Shown in pieces: positions 9,960-19,120 of a stretch of 64,000 nt of DNA. The first letter of the stretch is position 1. Each line of letters opens with the position of its first letter. Origin of the DNA: Pseudomonadota bacterium (GTDB lineage Bacteria > Myxococcota_A > Polyangia > Polyangiales > JAFGIB01); the NCBI GenBank assembly GCA_017881185.1, contig JADGRE010000003.1, positions 344 through 64,343 of the forward strand. Reading direction: 5' to 3'. The notes below the pieces were generated by a model. That model saw nothing but the letters and a program-made list of their open reading frames with translations, had not been told where the DNA came from and did not search any database. The translations under genes were made by a program, and so were the position numbers.

Positions 9960-12077
9960 GTGGCGCAAGGCAAAGAAGGCGACAAGGTGCGCGAGGAGTT
10001 CCTGGCCGAGGCCCAGGAGCTGATCGAGACCTTGTCGCGCGACCTGCTCTTGCTCGATGAAAGTCAGCGACGTGGTCAGCGCTCTGCCGAGACCTTGAAC
10101 GATCTCTTTCGCGGCGTGCACACGCTCAAAGGTCTGTCGGGTATGTTCGGCTTCGAGCGGCTCGGCAGGCTGTCGCACCTACTCGAGGACTTGCTCGAGA
10201 ATTTGCGTCTGGGGCGCATCGACCTGAGCCAGCCCGTGCTCGACGTGCTCTTCGAGGGCGTGGAAGGCTTTGCGCGTTTGCTCGCGGAAGCTGGCGAGAC
10301 GGGCGAGCCCACCAAGGTCGACATCGATGGCTTCGCCGACCGCATGCGCACGCTGGCGCGCGTCAAGGCACCCACGCACAACGTGCTCGAGGACTTCGAG
10401 CTCGATCCCAACATGCTCGGGGTGCTCACCGAGTACGAAGAGCATCGCCTGCGCACGAGCCTGGAAGAAGGCTTCAGCGTCTTTCGCCTGCGCGTGCGTT
10501 TAGCGCTCGATGTCATCGACACCGCGCTCGATCAGCTCAAGGAGCGCGTGAAGGCCATCGCGGAGATCCTCACCTACCTGCCGAGCATGGACGGCACCGG
10601 CGGTGATGCGATTGAGATCGAGATGTTGCTCGCCACGCGCAAGACCGAGAGCGAGCTGCGCAGCGCGCTCGGCCGTCCGGATGCCGCACTGTCCCTGGTG
10701 TTGCGCCGCGCGTCGGGTGCGCCACGCACCAGCATCAAGGCGCCGAGTCAGGCGCCGCAGCGCAGGCTGAAGTCTTCCGCGCCCGTCCCGGCCGCGTCGT
10801 CGGCCTTGCAACGCACGGCTGAAGCTGGCCCCGGCAGCGATCACTCTCTGCGCTCGCTGACCAGCGTCGTGCGCGTCGACATCCGCAAGCTCGACAACCT
10901 GATGAACGTCGTCGGTGAGCTTGGCACCGTGCGTGCGGCGCTCGGTCGCTTCGTGGAGAAGCTGCGCACTGGCGTCGACCAGACGCTGTGGAACGAAGCG
11001 CACCGCATCCAGCGCGCGTTCAGTCGTCACCTCTCCGAAGTGCAAGAGGGCGTGCTCGACATCCGCATGGTTCCGCTGGCACAGCTGTTCGACAAAGTCG
11101 CGGTGATCGTGCGGCAAGTCGCGCGCGAGCAGAAGAAAGAGGTGCGGCTGCTCATCACCGGTGCCGACACCGAGGTCGACAAGCTCATTGCAGAAGAGCT
11201 CGCCGACCCGATGATGCACATCGTGCGCAACGCCATCGATCACGGCGTGGAGATCCCCGATGCGCGTACCGGCGTGGGCAAGCCGAACGTGGCGACGCTG
11301 GCGATCAACGCCTATCAGAAGGGCAACCACGTGGTCATCGAGCTCTCCGACGACGGGCGCGGCATCGATACCGCGTTGATCCGCGAGGCCGCCGTGCGCA
11401 AGGGCATCTTGACCGAGCATGCGGCCAGCGACCTGTCGCGCGACGAGCTGCTCGGCGTGGTGTTTCTGCCGGGCTTCAGCACCGCGACCACGGTCACCGA
11501 ACTCTCGGGTCGCGGCGTCGGCATGGACGTCGTGAAGACCAACATCACGCGCCTGGGCGGTGCAGTCGAGCTCGACAGTGAGGTCGGCGTGGGCACGAAG
11601 GTGACCATCACGCTGCCCATCACGCTGGCGATCATCAGCGCGTTGCTCTTCGAGGTGCGCGGTCGCTTGCTCGCAATTCCGCTCGCCGTGGTGCAAGAGG
11701 CGCTGCGCATGCCACGCGATGCCGTGCGCACCGTCGAGGGTCGCGAGGTGTTGACGCTGCGCGGCACTACCTTGCCGTTGTGCAGGCTGGGCGAGCACTT
11801 TGGCTTTTCCGAGCCTGGCGAAGCTGCGCCGCGCGATCTCTACGTGGTGGTGATCAGCGTCGGCAACAAACGCCTGGGCTTGTGCGTGGACCGGCTGTCC
11901 GGGCAGCAGGACATCGTGATCAAGGGGCTCGGGCGGTCGCTGTCGCAGGTGCACGGCGTCTCGGGTGCCACCGATCTCGGTGACCAGCGCCTGGTGCTCG
12001 TGCTGGATGCGGCGTCGATCATCGAAGAAGTGTTGCTCGGGCGAAGCTCGCCACTCGCGCTCGGAGGGCTGCAATGA
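9960..12077 (+). CDS. cheA: chemotaxis histidine kinase CheA
   Basis: It has an Hpt domain (HTLKGLSGMFG), a low-complexity P2 region, a HATPase domain (HIVRNAIDHG, DDGRGID, GRGVGMDVV) and a C-terminal CheW-like domain. GTG start. Confidence 0.95.
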   Translation: MAQGKEGDKVREEFLAEAQELIETLSRDLLLLDESQRRGQRSAETLNDLFRGVHTLKGLSGMFGFERLGRLSHLLEDLLENLRLGRIDLSQPVLDVLFEGVEGFARLLAEAGETGEPTKVDIDGFADRMRTLARVKAPTHNVLEDFELDPNMLGVLTEYEEHRLRTSLEEGFSVFRLRVRLALDVIDTALDQLKERVKAIAEILTYLPSMDGTGGDAIEIEMLLATRKTESELRSALGRPDAALSLVLRRASGAPRTSIKAPSQAPQRRLKSSAPVPAASSALQRTAEAGPGSDHSLRSLTSVVRVDIRKLDNLMNVVGELGTVRAALGRFVEKLRTGVDQTLWNEAHRIQRAFSRHLSEVQEGVLDIRMVPLAQLFDKVAVIVRQVAREQKKEVRLLITGADTEVDKLIAEELADPMMHIVRNAIDHGVEIPDARTGVGKPNVATLAINAYQKGNHVVIELSDDGRGIDTALIREAAVRKGILTEHAASDLSRDELLGVVFLPGFSTATTVTELSGRGVGMDVVKTNITRLGGAVELDSEVGVGTKVTITLPITLAIISALLFEVRGRLLAIPLAVVQEALRMPRDAVRTVEGREVLTLRGTTLPLCRLGEHFGFSEPGEAAPRDLYVVVISVGNKRLGLCVDRLSGQQDIVIKGLGRSLSQVHGVSGATDLGDQRLVLVLDAASIIEEVLLGRSSPLALGGLQ

Positions 12078-12637
12078 GTGGCGATCGCTTGGCCTCGGTC
12101 GCGCCAGGTGTGCTGCGTGGCAGCTCGCGCGTCGAGCAAGCGGGCGTGCGCGAATTCCTGGCGTTCATGGTGGGCTCCGAGTGCTACGCGCTGCCGCTGT
12201 CGTGCGTGCGCGAGATCATGCGTGTGCCGCCGATCGCCGAGGTGCCGCGCGCGCCCGCCGACGTGCTGGGCATCATCTCCGTCCGCGGAAAGGTCACCAC
12301 GCTGCTCGATCTACGCAAGAAGCTCGATGTGCAAGGCACGCCCATCGGCGGCCGCACGCGCGTGCTCCTGGTGGATCAGGGCGAGGAGACCATGGGTCTC
12401 TTGTGCGACCGTGTGTTGCAGGTGCACCGCCTGGGCGAAGACGAGGTGGAGCTGGCTTCCGTGCTCGGCAACGAAACCAGCTCCTACGTGATGGGCATCG
12501 GCCGCCCCGGACAACGCAAGGCCCAGGGCCCGAAGTCGGGCTCCAAGCGCGAAGCCCGTCAGGCGGCCGCCAACGCCCACGACATCCTGATCTTGCTCGA
12601 CCCGATCGCGCTCTTGAAACGGCAGAGTCATGCCTGA
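12074..12637 (+). CDS. cheW: CheW coupling protein (with ~40-aa basic C-terminal extension)
   Basis: ATGA overlap with cheA. CheW fold motifs are EFLAFMVGSECYALPLSCVREI, GIISVRGKVTTLLDLRKKL and GLLCDRVLQV. Confidence 0.9.
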   Translation: MSGDRLASVAPGVLRGSSRVEQAGVREFLAFMVGSECYALPLSCVREIMRVPPIAEVPRAPADVLGIISVRGKVTTLLDLRKKLDVQGTPIGGRTRVLLVDQGEETMGLLCDRVLQVHRLGEDEVELASVLGNETSSYVMGIGRPGQRKAQGPKSGSKREARQAAANAHDILILLDPIALLKRQSHA

Positions 12638-13109
12638 GCCTCTGATCGATCAGTCGCTCGTTGGCTTCGACGTGGGCGCGGTCGCCTATGCACTGCCGAT
12701 TGCGCGGGTGCGCGAGATCATCCGGCCGCTGCCGATGCAGAGCTTGCCGCATGCACCGCCCGCCGTGGTCGGTGTCGCGGATCATCGCGGTGACGTGGTT
12801 GCGTTGATCGATCTGCGCGTGCGGTTCGACGTGCCGGTGGCCCTTGGACGTGATCAGTCGCGCTGGGTCATCGTCAACCGCGGCGAACGTCTGCTCGGCC
12901 TGGTCGTGGATCGCGTGAGCGAGGTCTTCAAGGTGCGGGACGCAGAGCTGCGCAAGCTGCCCGAGCTCGGGGCCGGCAGCGAGCAGCGCGCGCTCACCGC
13001 GGCGTACTCGTTCCAAGGCCGCTTGGTGTTCGTCATCGACGTCGACGCCATCGCCAGTGTCATGGACGAGCTATCGGCGTCTGCGTTGCCGGCAGTGGGG
13101 TCGGGGTGA
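12630..13109 (+). CDS. cheW: CheW coupling protein (second copy)
   Basis: It overlaps cheW-1 by 8 bp. Motifs are VGFDVGAVAYALPIARVREI, VGVADHRGDVVALIDLRVRF and GLVVDRVSEVF. Confidence 0.9.
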   Translation: MPEPLIDQSLVGFDVGAVAYALPIARVREIIRPLPMQSLPHAPPAVVGVADHRGDVVALIDLRVRFDVPVALGRDQSRWVIVNRGERLLGLVVDRVSEVFKVRDAELRKLPELGAGSEQRALTAAYSFQGRLVFVIDVDAIASVMDELSASALPAVGSG

Positions 13110-15121
13110 GCGCGCGGCAGCTGGCAGCGGCGCTCGACGACCCGGACGTCGAGGTGCGCCGGCGAGCTGTGCTGAGCGCCAGCGAGCTGCGCGATCGACT
13201 CGACGCTCCGCTGCTGTTGCGCGCGCTTGGCGACGCGGACTGGCGCGTGCGCGAAGAGGCCGTGCGCGTGGTGGGGCAGATTGCCGTCGAGCTCGGGTTG
13301 CTCGACGGTTTGATCGAAGCGATCTGTCAGGGTGCGAACGTGGGCTTGCGCACCGCGGCTCGCGAGGTGTTGCAAGGGCTTGGTGCCGCCGCATCGCATG
13401 CCGTGATCGCGGCGCTGCCCACGGTGCCGCCCAACGCCCGAAAATTCTTGCTCGACACGCTGGTTTGCGATGGCGTGGACGAAGTGCTTTCGATCCTGGT
13501 TGCGGAAGTGCGTGGCGACGATCCGATGAATGCGGTGTCTGCCATGGACGCGCTCGCGAGTCTCGGTGGCGAGCGCGCCGAACACGCGCTGCGCGAGCGG
13601 CTTGCCACGGGCGACACCTTCCTGCGCGCTGGCGCGCTCGACGCCCTGGAGAAGCTTGGTGTGCCCTTGCCATGGCACGAGCTCGAGCCGCTGCTCGCCG
13701 ATCGCTTGCTCGCGCGTCTGGCGCTCGATGCGCTCGGTCGCAGCAAGGACCCACGCGCCATCGCGCCGCTGGTCCTGGCGTTGACGGAGCGCTCGCGCAA
13801 CGTGCGAGCACGCGCCGTCCTGGGTTTGCAGCGCCTGCTGCGCGGTGATGCGCAGCTGCGCGCTGCCGTCACGAGCGCGCTGTCTGCGCAGCCGCCCGCG
13901 GTCATCGACGAGCTGGCAGCCTTCTGCGAGGACGATGATCCACAGCTGGCGCTCGCGGCGCTCTTCGTCGCGGCCTGCGCGAGCAGCGCAGGGTCGGTAC
14001 GTGCTGCACTCACGCTGCTGTCGCGTGGGGCGGCGCGCTCGGATGTCATCGAGGCGTTCGCGGGTTGGCAGCAGCAAGCGGCCTCGGCCGCGCTCGCGTT
14101 AGCCGACGAGAGCGCGCCGCTTCGAGCGCCCGCGTTTTCGTTCGCTGCGGCGCTCGCAGTCGACCGAGCAGCGCAGGACAAGCTGCTCTCGCGTCTGCGC
14201 AGCGCGCTCGCGGACCGCGATGCGGACGTGCAACTGGCAGCACTGCGCGCGCTGGGCGCCGTGGGCGAAGCGCAAGACGCCGCGGCGCTCGTGCATGCGA
14301 CACAGCAGACGGACGAAGACAGCGCACAGGCTGCCGCGCTCGCGCTGCGCGAGCTCGCGGCACGGCATGCCCCGGCTGTGCGCGATGCGCTCGGCAGTGC
14401 CGTGATCGCAGGGCCGGCCAGCAGCGTGCTCGCCGAGTTGCTGGTGACGCTCGAGGTGCCGGACGCGCTGTCGCGTCTGCGCGCCGCACTGCTTTCCGAT
14501 TCCGTGCCGGCGCGGGTGAGCGCCATCGTCGGGCTGTCGTTGCTCGGCGCCGAGGCGGCGGTCGAGCTGGTGGCGCTCGCGCTCAACGACGAGAATCCGG
14601 AAGTGCAGGTCGCCGCCATCGATGCGCTGCCACGCATGCGCACAGCCGGCAGCCGCGTGGTCGATGCGCTGCTCTTGTTCGACAGCAGCGACGCCGACGT
14701 GCAAGCTGCGCTCGCCGGGTCGCTGGCCGCGCTGAAGGATCCGCGTGCGATCGAGCGGCTGCGGAAGTTGGCGCGCGTAGGTCCGCCGGGTGTGCGCGTG
14801 TTCGCGATGCAAGGGCTGCGCGGGCTCTCGGATCCCGCGCTCGACGAGTTGCTCATGGAGGCCTTGAGCGACGCCGATCCCGAGGTCGTGAAGCAAGCCC
14901 TGACCGTGCTCGGCGCCACCGGCAGCGCGCGCACCGTCGCACGCGTCGCCATCGCGCTCGACCACTCGGCCTGGGATGTGCGCCGGCTGGCAGCGAGCTT
15001 GCTCGGGGAGGCTGGCGACAGCAGTGCCCTGCCCGCACTGCAGGCACGCCTGGGCGTCGAGAACGACGGCCTCGTGCGCATGGCCATCGAGGAAGCGCTC
15101 GCGGCGCTGGAGGCGCGCTGA
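13106..15121 (+). CDS. HEAT-repeat (PBS-lyase-type) protein, 671 aa
   Basis: GTGA overlap with cheW-2. The protein carries many degenerate HEAT units of the form D(P/A)d..VR..A...LG (DPDVEVRRRAV, DADWRVREEAVRVVGQI, DRDADVQLAALRALGAVG, DENPEVQVAAIDAL, DADPEVVKQALTVLG, SAWDVRRLAASLLGEAG). Confidence 0.85.
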   Translation: MSARQLAAALDDPDVEVRRRAVLSASELRDRLDAPLLLRALGDADWRVREEAVRVVGQIAVELGLLDGLIEAICQGANVGLRTAAREVLQGLGAAASHAVIAALPTVPPNARKFLLDTLVCDGVDEVLSILVAEVRGDDPMNAVSAMDALASLGGERAEHALRERLATGDTFLRAGALDALEKLGVPLPWHELEPLLADRLLARLALDALGRSKDPRAIAPLVLALTERSRNVRARAVLGLQRLLRGDAQLRAAVTSALSAQPPAVIDELAAFCEDDDPQLALAALFVAACASSAGSVRAALTLLSRGAARSDVIEAFAGWQQQAASAALALADESAPLRAPAFSFAAALAVDRAAQDKLLSRLRSALADRDADVQLAALRALGAVGEAQDAAALVHATQQTDEDSAQAAALALRELAARHAPAVRDALGSAVIAGPASSVLAELLVTLEVPDALSRLRAALLSDSVPARVSAIVGLSLLGAEAAVELVALALNDENPEVQVAAIDALPRMRTAGSRVVDALLLFDSSDADVQAALAGSLAALKDPRAIERLRKLARVGPPGVRVFAMQGLRGLSDPALDELLMEALSDADPEVVKQALTVLGATGSARTVARVAIALDHSAWDVRRLAASLLGEAGDSSALPALQARLGVENDGLVRMAIEEALAALEAR

Positions 15122-15122
15122 C

Positions 15123-15989
15123 ATGTCGCCGCCGCGCCTCGAGCCAGCAGAGTTCCGTCTGTTGCGCGAGCTGATCAACGAGCTCGCGGGCATCATGCTC
15201 TCCGACGAGGCGCGCATGACCGTGGAGCGCAAGCTCAGCGAACGCGTGCTCGCCCTGCGACTGCCGAGCTTCCACGCGTACTACCAATACTTGCGCTACC
15301 ACCCGCAACGCAAAGCCGAGGTCGAACGCGCGCTCGAGGCGGTCACCACCAACGAGACCTATTTCTTTCGCGAGCTACCGCAGCTGCACGCCTTCGAGCG
15401 CGAGGTGCTCGTGCACTTGCGCGACTGCGCACGCGTGCGGCGCAGCCTCACGCTCTGGAGCGCGGGCTGTTCGACGGGTGAAGAGGTCTACACGCTGGCG
15501 ATTCTCGTCGCGCGCTCCGGCTTGTTCACCGGCTGGGACGTCCGAATCTTCGGCAACGACATTTCCCGAAAAGTCTTACAGGTCGCGCGCAAGGCCACGT
15601 ACAGCGAGTCCAGCTTTCGCGCGATGCCGAGCGAGTTCCAGCGCTACTTCGTCAGCACGCCGGAAGGCCGGGCCGTCGACCCAGCGATTCGGGCCATGTG
15701 CCACTTCGGCCACTTCAACCTGCTGGACGAAGCACGTGTTGCCATGTTGGGCCGAGTCGACGCGATCTTCTGCCGCAATGTCCTGATATACTTCGACAAT
15801 GCCTCACGGCGCCGCGTCATCCAGGCGTTATACGATCGCCTCCAGCCCGAAGGCTACCTGATGCTCGGCCACAGCGAGTCATTGCTGAATACGTCGACTG
15901 CATTCGAGCTGGCTCACCTGCGCGGAGACCTCGCGTATCGCAAGCCCGCACGCACGGGCTCCATGCGTCCGGGGGGCCACAGCTCATGA
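15123..15989 (+). CDS. cheR: chemotaxis protein methyltransferase CheR
   Basis: ATG 15123 lies 1 nt after the HEAT gene stop. Motifs are TNETYFFRE, the SAM-binding WSAGCSTGEEVYTLA, and FCRNVLIYFD. Confidence 0.9.
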   Translation: MSPPRLEPAEFRLLRELINELAGIMLSDEARMTVERKLSERVLALRLPSFHAYYQYLRYHPQRKAEVERALEAVTTNETYFFRELPQLHAFEREVLVHLRDCARVRRSLTLWSAGCSTGEEVYTLAILVARSGLFTGWDVRIFGNDISRKVLQVARKATYSESSFRAMPSEFQRYFVSTPEGRAVDPAIRAMCHFGHFNLLDEARVAMLGRVDAIFCRNVLIYFDNASRRRVIQALYDRLQPEGYLMLGHSESLLNTSTAFELAHLRGDLAYRKPARTGSMRPGGHSS

Positions 15990-17128
15990 GGCCACTGCGC
16001 GTGCTCGTGGTCGACGACTCGGCGCTCAACCGGCGTACGCTCTGCGAGCTGATGGGCCAGATCGACGGCGTGCAGATCGTGGGCGTTGCAGGTGACGGCG
16101 ACGAAGCCTTGCGCATGGCCGTGTCGCTCACCCCCGACATGATCACCCTCGACCTCGAGATGCCGCGTATGGACGGCTTCACGTTCCTGCGCTTGCTCAT
16201 GGCCAGCCGGCCCACACCCGTGGTGGTCGTCTCCAGCCACTCGGCACGCGAGAACGTGTTTCGCGCGCTCGAGCTCGGCGCCATCGACTTCGTGGCCAAG
16301 CCGGAGGCCTTGCTCTCGGGTCAGATCAACAGTGTGCGCGATCAGCTCGTGCACATGATCGCCATCGTGCGGCAGCTGTCACCGGCGGGCATGTCCGGCC
16401 GCCGCCCTGCATCGACTCCACCATCCGAGCGTCCCGCTGCCGGCGAGCGCACGCCCATCGAGATGCGCGCCGTCTCCCCGCCGCGTGCGCGTGAGCCCGC
16501 AGCGCTGACCGCCGCCGCACCCGCACCCGCATCCACAGCCGTGTCCCGGCTCTTGGTGCTCGGCGCCTCCACCGGCGGCCCCACGGCGCTGCTCGATCTG
16601 TTCTCGCAGCTTCCCCGCAACTCGAACGCTGCAATCGTGGTTGCACAGCACATGCCCGAGCGCTTCACGCGCGCGTTTGCCGAACGCCTCGATCGGGTGA
16701 GCGCGTTCTCGGTGCGCGAAGCCGAAGGCGCGATCACACTGTGTCCGAGGCAGGCACTGGTGTGTCCGGGCGGCAAGTGCATCGAGGTCGAAGCGCGCGG
16801 TCAGAACCTGGTCGCGCGGGTCGTCCCGCCCCACCCCGGCGACCGCTATTCACCCTCCGCCGATCGCCTGTTCGCCAGTGCTGCCAAGGCGGCTGGGCAG
16901 CGAGCCCTCGCCGTGGTGCTCACGGGCATGGGCGACGACGGCTCGCGCGGTGTGGTGGAGATCAAGAAGATGGGTGGCGCGGTGCTGGCCGAGTCCGAAG
17001 ACACGGCCGTGATCTTCGGCATGCCGCGCTGCGCTCAGCAGACCGGCGCGGTCGACGCGCTCTTGCCGCTGCCGGACTTGATCGCGCGCGTGGCTGTGAT
17101 GCTGGTCGAACCAGGAGGTGCAGGGTGA
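15986..17128 (+). CDS. cheB: chemotaxis response regulator protein-glutamate methylesterase CheB
   Basis: ATGA overlap with cheR. It has an N-terminal REC domain (VLVVDDS, MITLDLEMPRMDG), a Pro/Ala-rich linker and an esterase domain (GASTGGP, AQHMP, GMGDDG). Confidence 0.9.
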   Translation: MRPLRVLVVDDSALNRRTLCELMGQIDGVQIVGVAGDGDEALRMAVSLTPDMITLDLEMPRMDGFTFLRLLMASRPTPVVVVSSHSARENVFRALELGAIDFVAKPEALLSGQINSVRDQLVHMIAIVRQLSPAGMSGRRPASTPPSERPAAGERTPIEMRAVSPPRAREPAALTAAAPAPASTAVSRLLVLGASTGGPTALLDLFSQLPRNSNAAIVVAQHMPERFTRAFAERLDRVSAFSVREAEGAITLCPRQALVCPGGKCIEVEARGQNLVARVVPPHPGDRYSPSADRLFASAAKAAGQRALAVVLTGMGDDGSRGVVEIKKMGGAVLAESEDTAVIFGMPRCAQQTGAVDALLPLPDLIARVAVMLVEPGGAG

Positions 17129-18018
17129 CACGTGCGCGCCAGCGAAAACGCCGCGTCAGCGAGGCTCCCGCCGATCTGCAAGCAGAGCGCGAGACCTTCG
17201 TCCGCAACTTCCTGCACAAGGGTGTCGAGCTCACCGAAGACTTGATCCGTGAGAATCAGGAGCTCCACGCGCAGGCGCGCAAGCTCGAAGACGAGAACGC
17301 ACGGCTACGTTCCCAGCTCAAGAGCAACGACGCGATCCGCGAGCTGCTCACGAAGATCGAAGCGCTCGAGCAAGAGCGCAGCTCACTTGAAACCCGCTCC
17401 GACAAGTTGGAGCGGGCGTTCAAGCAGAACGAGGCGCGCGCTCGCACCATCGAGCAAGAGCTCAACGACCTGGCGAGCCTGTATGTCGCCAGCTTCCAGT
17501 TGAGCGGTACGCTGTCGTTGCGGCGCGTGGTGCGCCACATGTGCGAATTGCTGGAGCAGCTGGTGGGCGCGCAGTCGTTCGTGATCTACCTGCTCAGCCC
17601 CGACGGCAAGCTTGCCCGGGCCGTCGGCTCGCGCGGCATGAACGGTCGCGAGCTCGGGGAAGTCTCGACCGAGGACGGGCCGATTGCCGACGTGTGCCTG
17701 ACCGGCGTGGCGCGCGTCTCGGACCCCGCCACGCACAGTGCGAGCGAACCGCTGGCGATCATGCCGCTGTCCTTCGAAGACGAAGTCATCGGTGTGATCT
17801 GTATCGAGAAGCTCTTGCCGCACAAGCGTCGCTGGGAATCCGTGGACCACGAGCTCTTCAAGTTGTTGTGCGCTCACGGCGCCACGGCGTTGATCGCCGC
17901 GAACCTGTTCGAGCGCGAGGGCAACGTGCGCGCGGCACTGCGCGATGTGCATGAGAATTTGGATGAAGGCGAACGTGAGCCGGTCCGCGCTGTCGCGGTG
18001 GCGAAGATGGGTGATTGA
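17125..18018 (+). CDS. coiled-coil + GAF domain protein
   Basis: GTGA overlap with cheB. About 110 aa are heptad-rich coiled coil (ENQELHAQARKLEDENARLRSQL...IEALEQERSSLETRSDKLERAFKQNEARARTIEQELNDL). A GAF-like domain follows (LLEQLVGAQSFVIYLLSPDGKLARAV...IMPLSFEDEVIGVICIEKLL). Confidence 0.75.
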   Translation: MTRARQRKRRVSEAPADLQAERETFVRNFLHKGVELTEDLIRENQELHAQARKLEDENARLRSQLKSNDAIRELLTKIEALEQERSSLETRSDKLERAFKQNEARARTIEQELNDLASLYVASFQLSGTLSLRRVVRHMCELLEQLVGAQSFVIYLLSPDGKLARAVGSRGMNGRELGEVSTEDGPIADVCLTGVARVSDPATHSASEPLAIMPLSFEDEVIGVICIEKLLPHKRRWESVDHELFKLLCAHGATALIAANLFEREGNVRAALRDVHENLDEGEREPVRAVAVAKMGD

Positions 18019-18021
18019 GCC

Positions 18022-18396
18022 ATGTCTGGTATCTCGTGTTTGGTGGTCGAAGACTCTCCGATGATGCGTCAGCTCATCGTGTTCGCGCTCTCGCGCATCA
18101 AGAACATGACGGTGACCGAGGCCGACGACGGCATCGTGGGCTTGAAGAAGCTCGCCACCGATCGCTTCGATCTGATCATCACCGACATCAACATGCCGAT
18201 CATGGACGGCCTCAAGCTCGTGCGGAAGATTCGCACGGACGAGCGTCACAAAGACGTGCCGGTCATCGTGATCACCACCGAGGGCTCGAAGGAAGACCGC
18301 GAGCGAGCCATGGCGCTGGGCGCCTCGGCGTACATCACCAAGCCCATCCAGGCGCCGCAGGTGATTGCGACGGTCAAAGAGCTGCTGCGCCTGTAG
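18022..18396 (+). CDS. cheY: CheY-like single-domain response regulator (second copy)
   Basis: The REC domain shows CLVVEDS, DLIITDINMPIMDG, VITTEGS and GASAYITKP. It starts 3 nt after the GAF gene stop. Confidence 0.9.
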   Translation: MSGISCLVVEDSPMMRQLIVFALSRIKNMTVTEADDGIVGLKKLATDRFDLIITDINMPIMDGLKLVRKIRTDERHKDVPVIVITTEGSKEDRERAMALGASAYITKPIQAPQVIATVKELLRL

Positions 18397-18467
18397 CACC
18401 TGTAGCACGTGGCCAGCGCGTGCTGCGTGCGGTTGCCGTCTGGCCAGGTGCCGACTAAGGTCTGCGC

Positions 18468-19103
18468 ATGGTTGCGGTGAAGGTGTGTGGTGTGACGAGC
18501 GTGTCCGATGCGCTGGCCTGCGTGCAGGCGGGCGTCGACGCGCTCGGACTCAACTTCTACGCCGGCTCGCCGCGCTGCACATCCGTCGAGATCGCGCGTG
18601 CGATCGTGGACGCTGTCGGCAAGTCGGTGCTGACGGTCGGCGTGTTCGTGGATGCGAGCGACGACGAGATCAGTAGCGTCCAGCGCGAGACCGGGTTGCG
18701 CTGCGTGCAGCTGCACGGTCACGAGCCGCCGGCGCTGCTCGCGCGCTTTCTGCCGCATGCCTACAAAGCGGTTCGCGTGCGTGGGCCCCAGAGCCTCGCC
18801 GAGGCGGCCAGCTATCCGGGCGAGTACCTGCTGCTCGATGCCTACGTGCCTGGCGCGGCGGGCGGCACGGGCGCGCGCTTCGACTGGCGGCTGGCCGCTG
18901 ACTTCGTCACGGCCACGCCCAGCCGCAAGGTCACGCTCGCCGGTGGCCTCACCCCAGAAAACGTCGCCGCCGCGGTGGCCGCGGTGCAACCCTTTTGCGT
19001 GGATGTCGCCAGCGGCGTCGAGTCGGCACCCGGCGTGAAAGACTTGGCCAAAGTCGCAGCGTTCGTTGTCGCGGCCAAGGGCTTGCAAACTACCGCCCCA
19101 TAA
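18468..19103 (+). CDS. trpF: phosphoribosylanthranilate isomerase
   Basis: Motifs are [24 protein letters not shown] and [19 protein letters not shown]. Confidence 0.85.
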   Translation: MVAVKVCGVTSVSDALACVQAGVDALGLNFYAGSPRCTSVEIARAIVDAVGKSVLTVGVFVDASDDEISSVQRETGLRCVQLHGHEPPALLARFLPHAYKAVRVRGPQSLAEAASYPGEYLLLDAYVPGAAGGTGARFDWRLAADFVTATPSRKVTLAGGLTPENVAAAVAAVQPFCVDVASGVESAPGVKDLAKVAAFVVAAKGLQTTAP

Positions 19104-19120
19104 CTTATGTGCTGCACACC

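Noticed and set aside
18391-18408. A 9-bp tandem duplication CTGTAGCAC x2 spanning the stop codon of the second cheY, followed by a 6-bp hairpin (AGCACG...CGTGCT).
   Set aside because: The duplication merely creates a second in-frame TAG. The hairpin is short and lacks a U-tract, so it is too weak to call a terminator.
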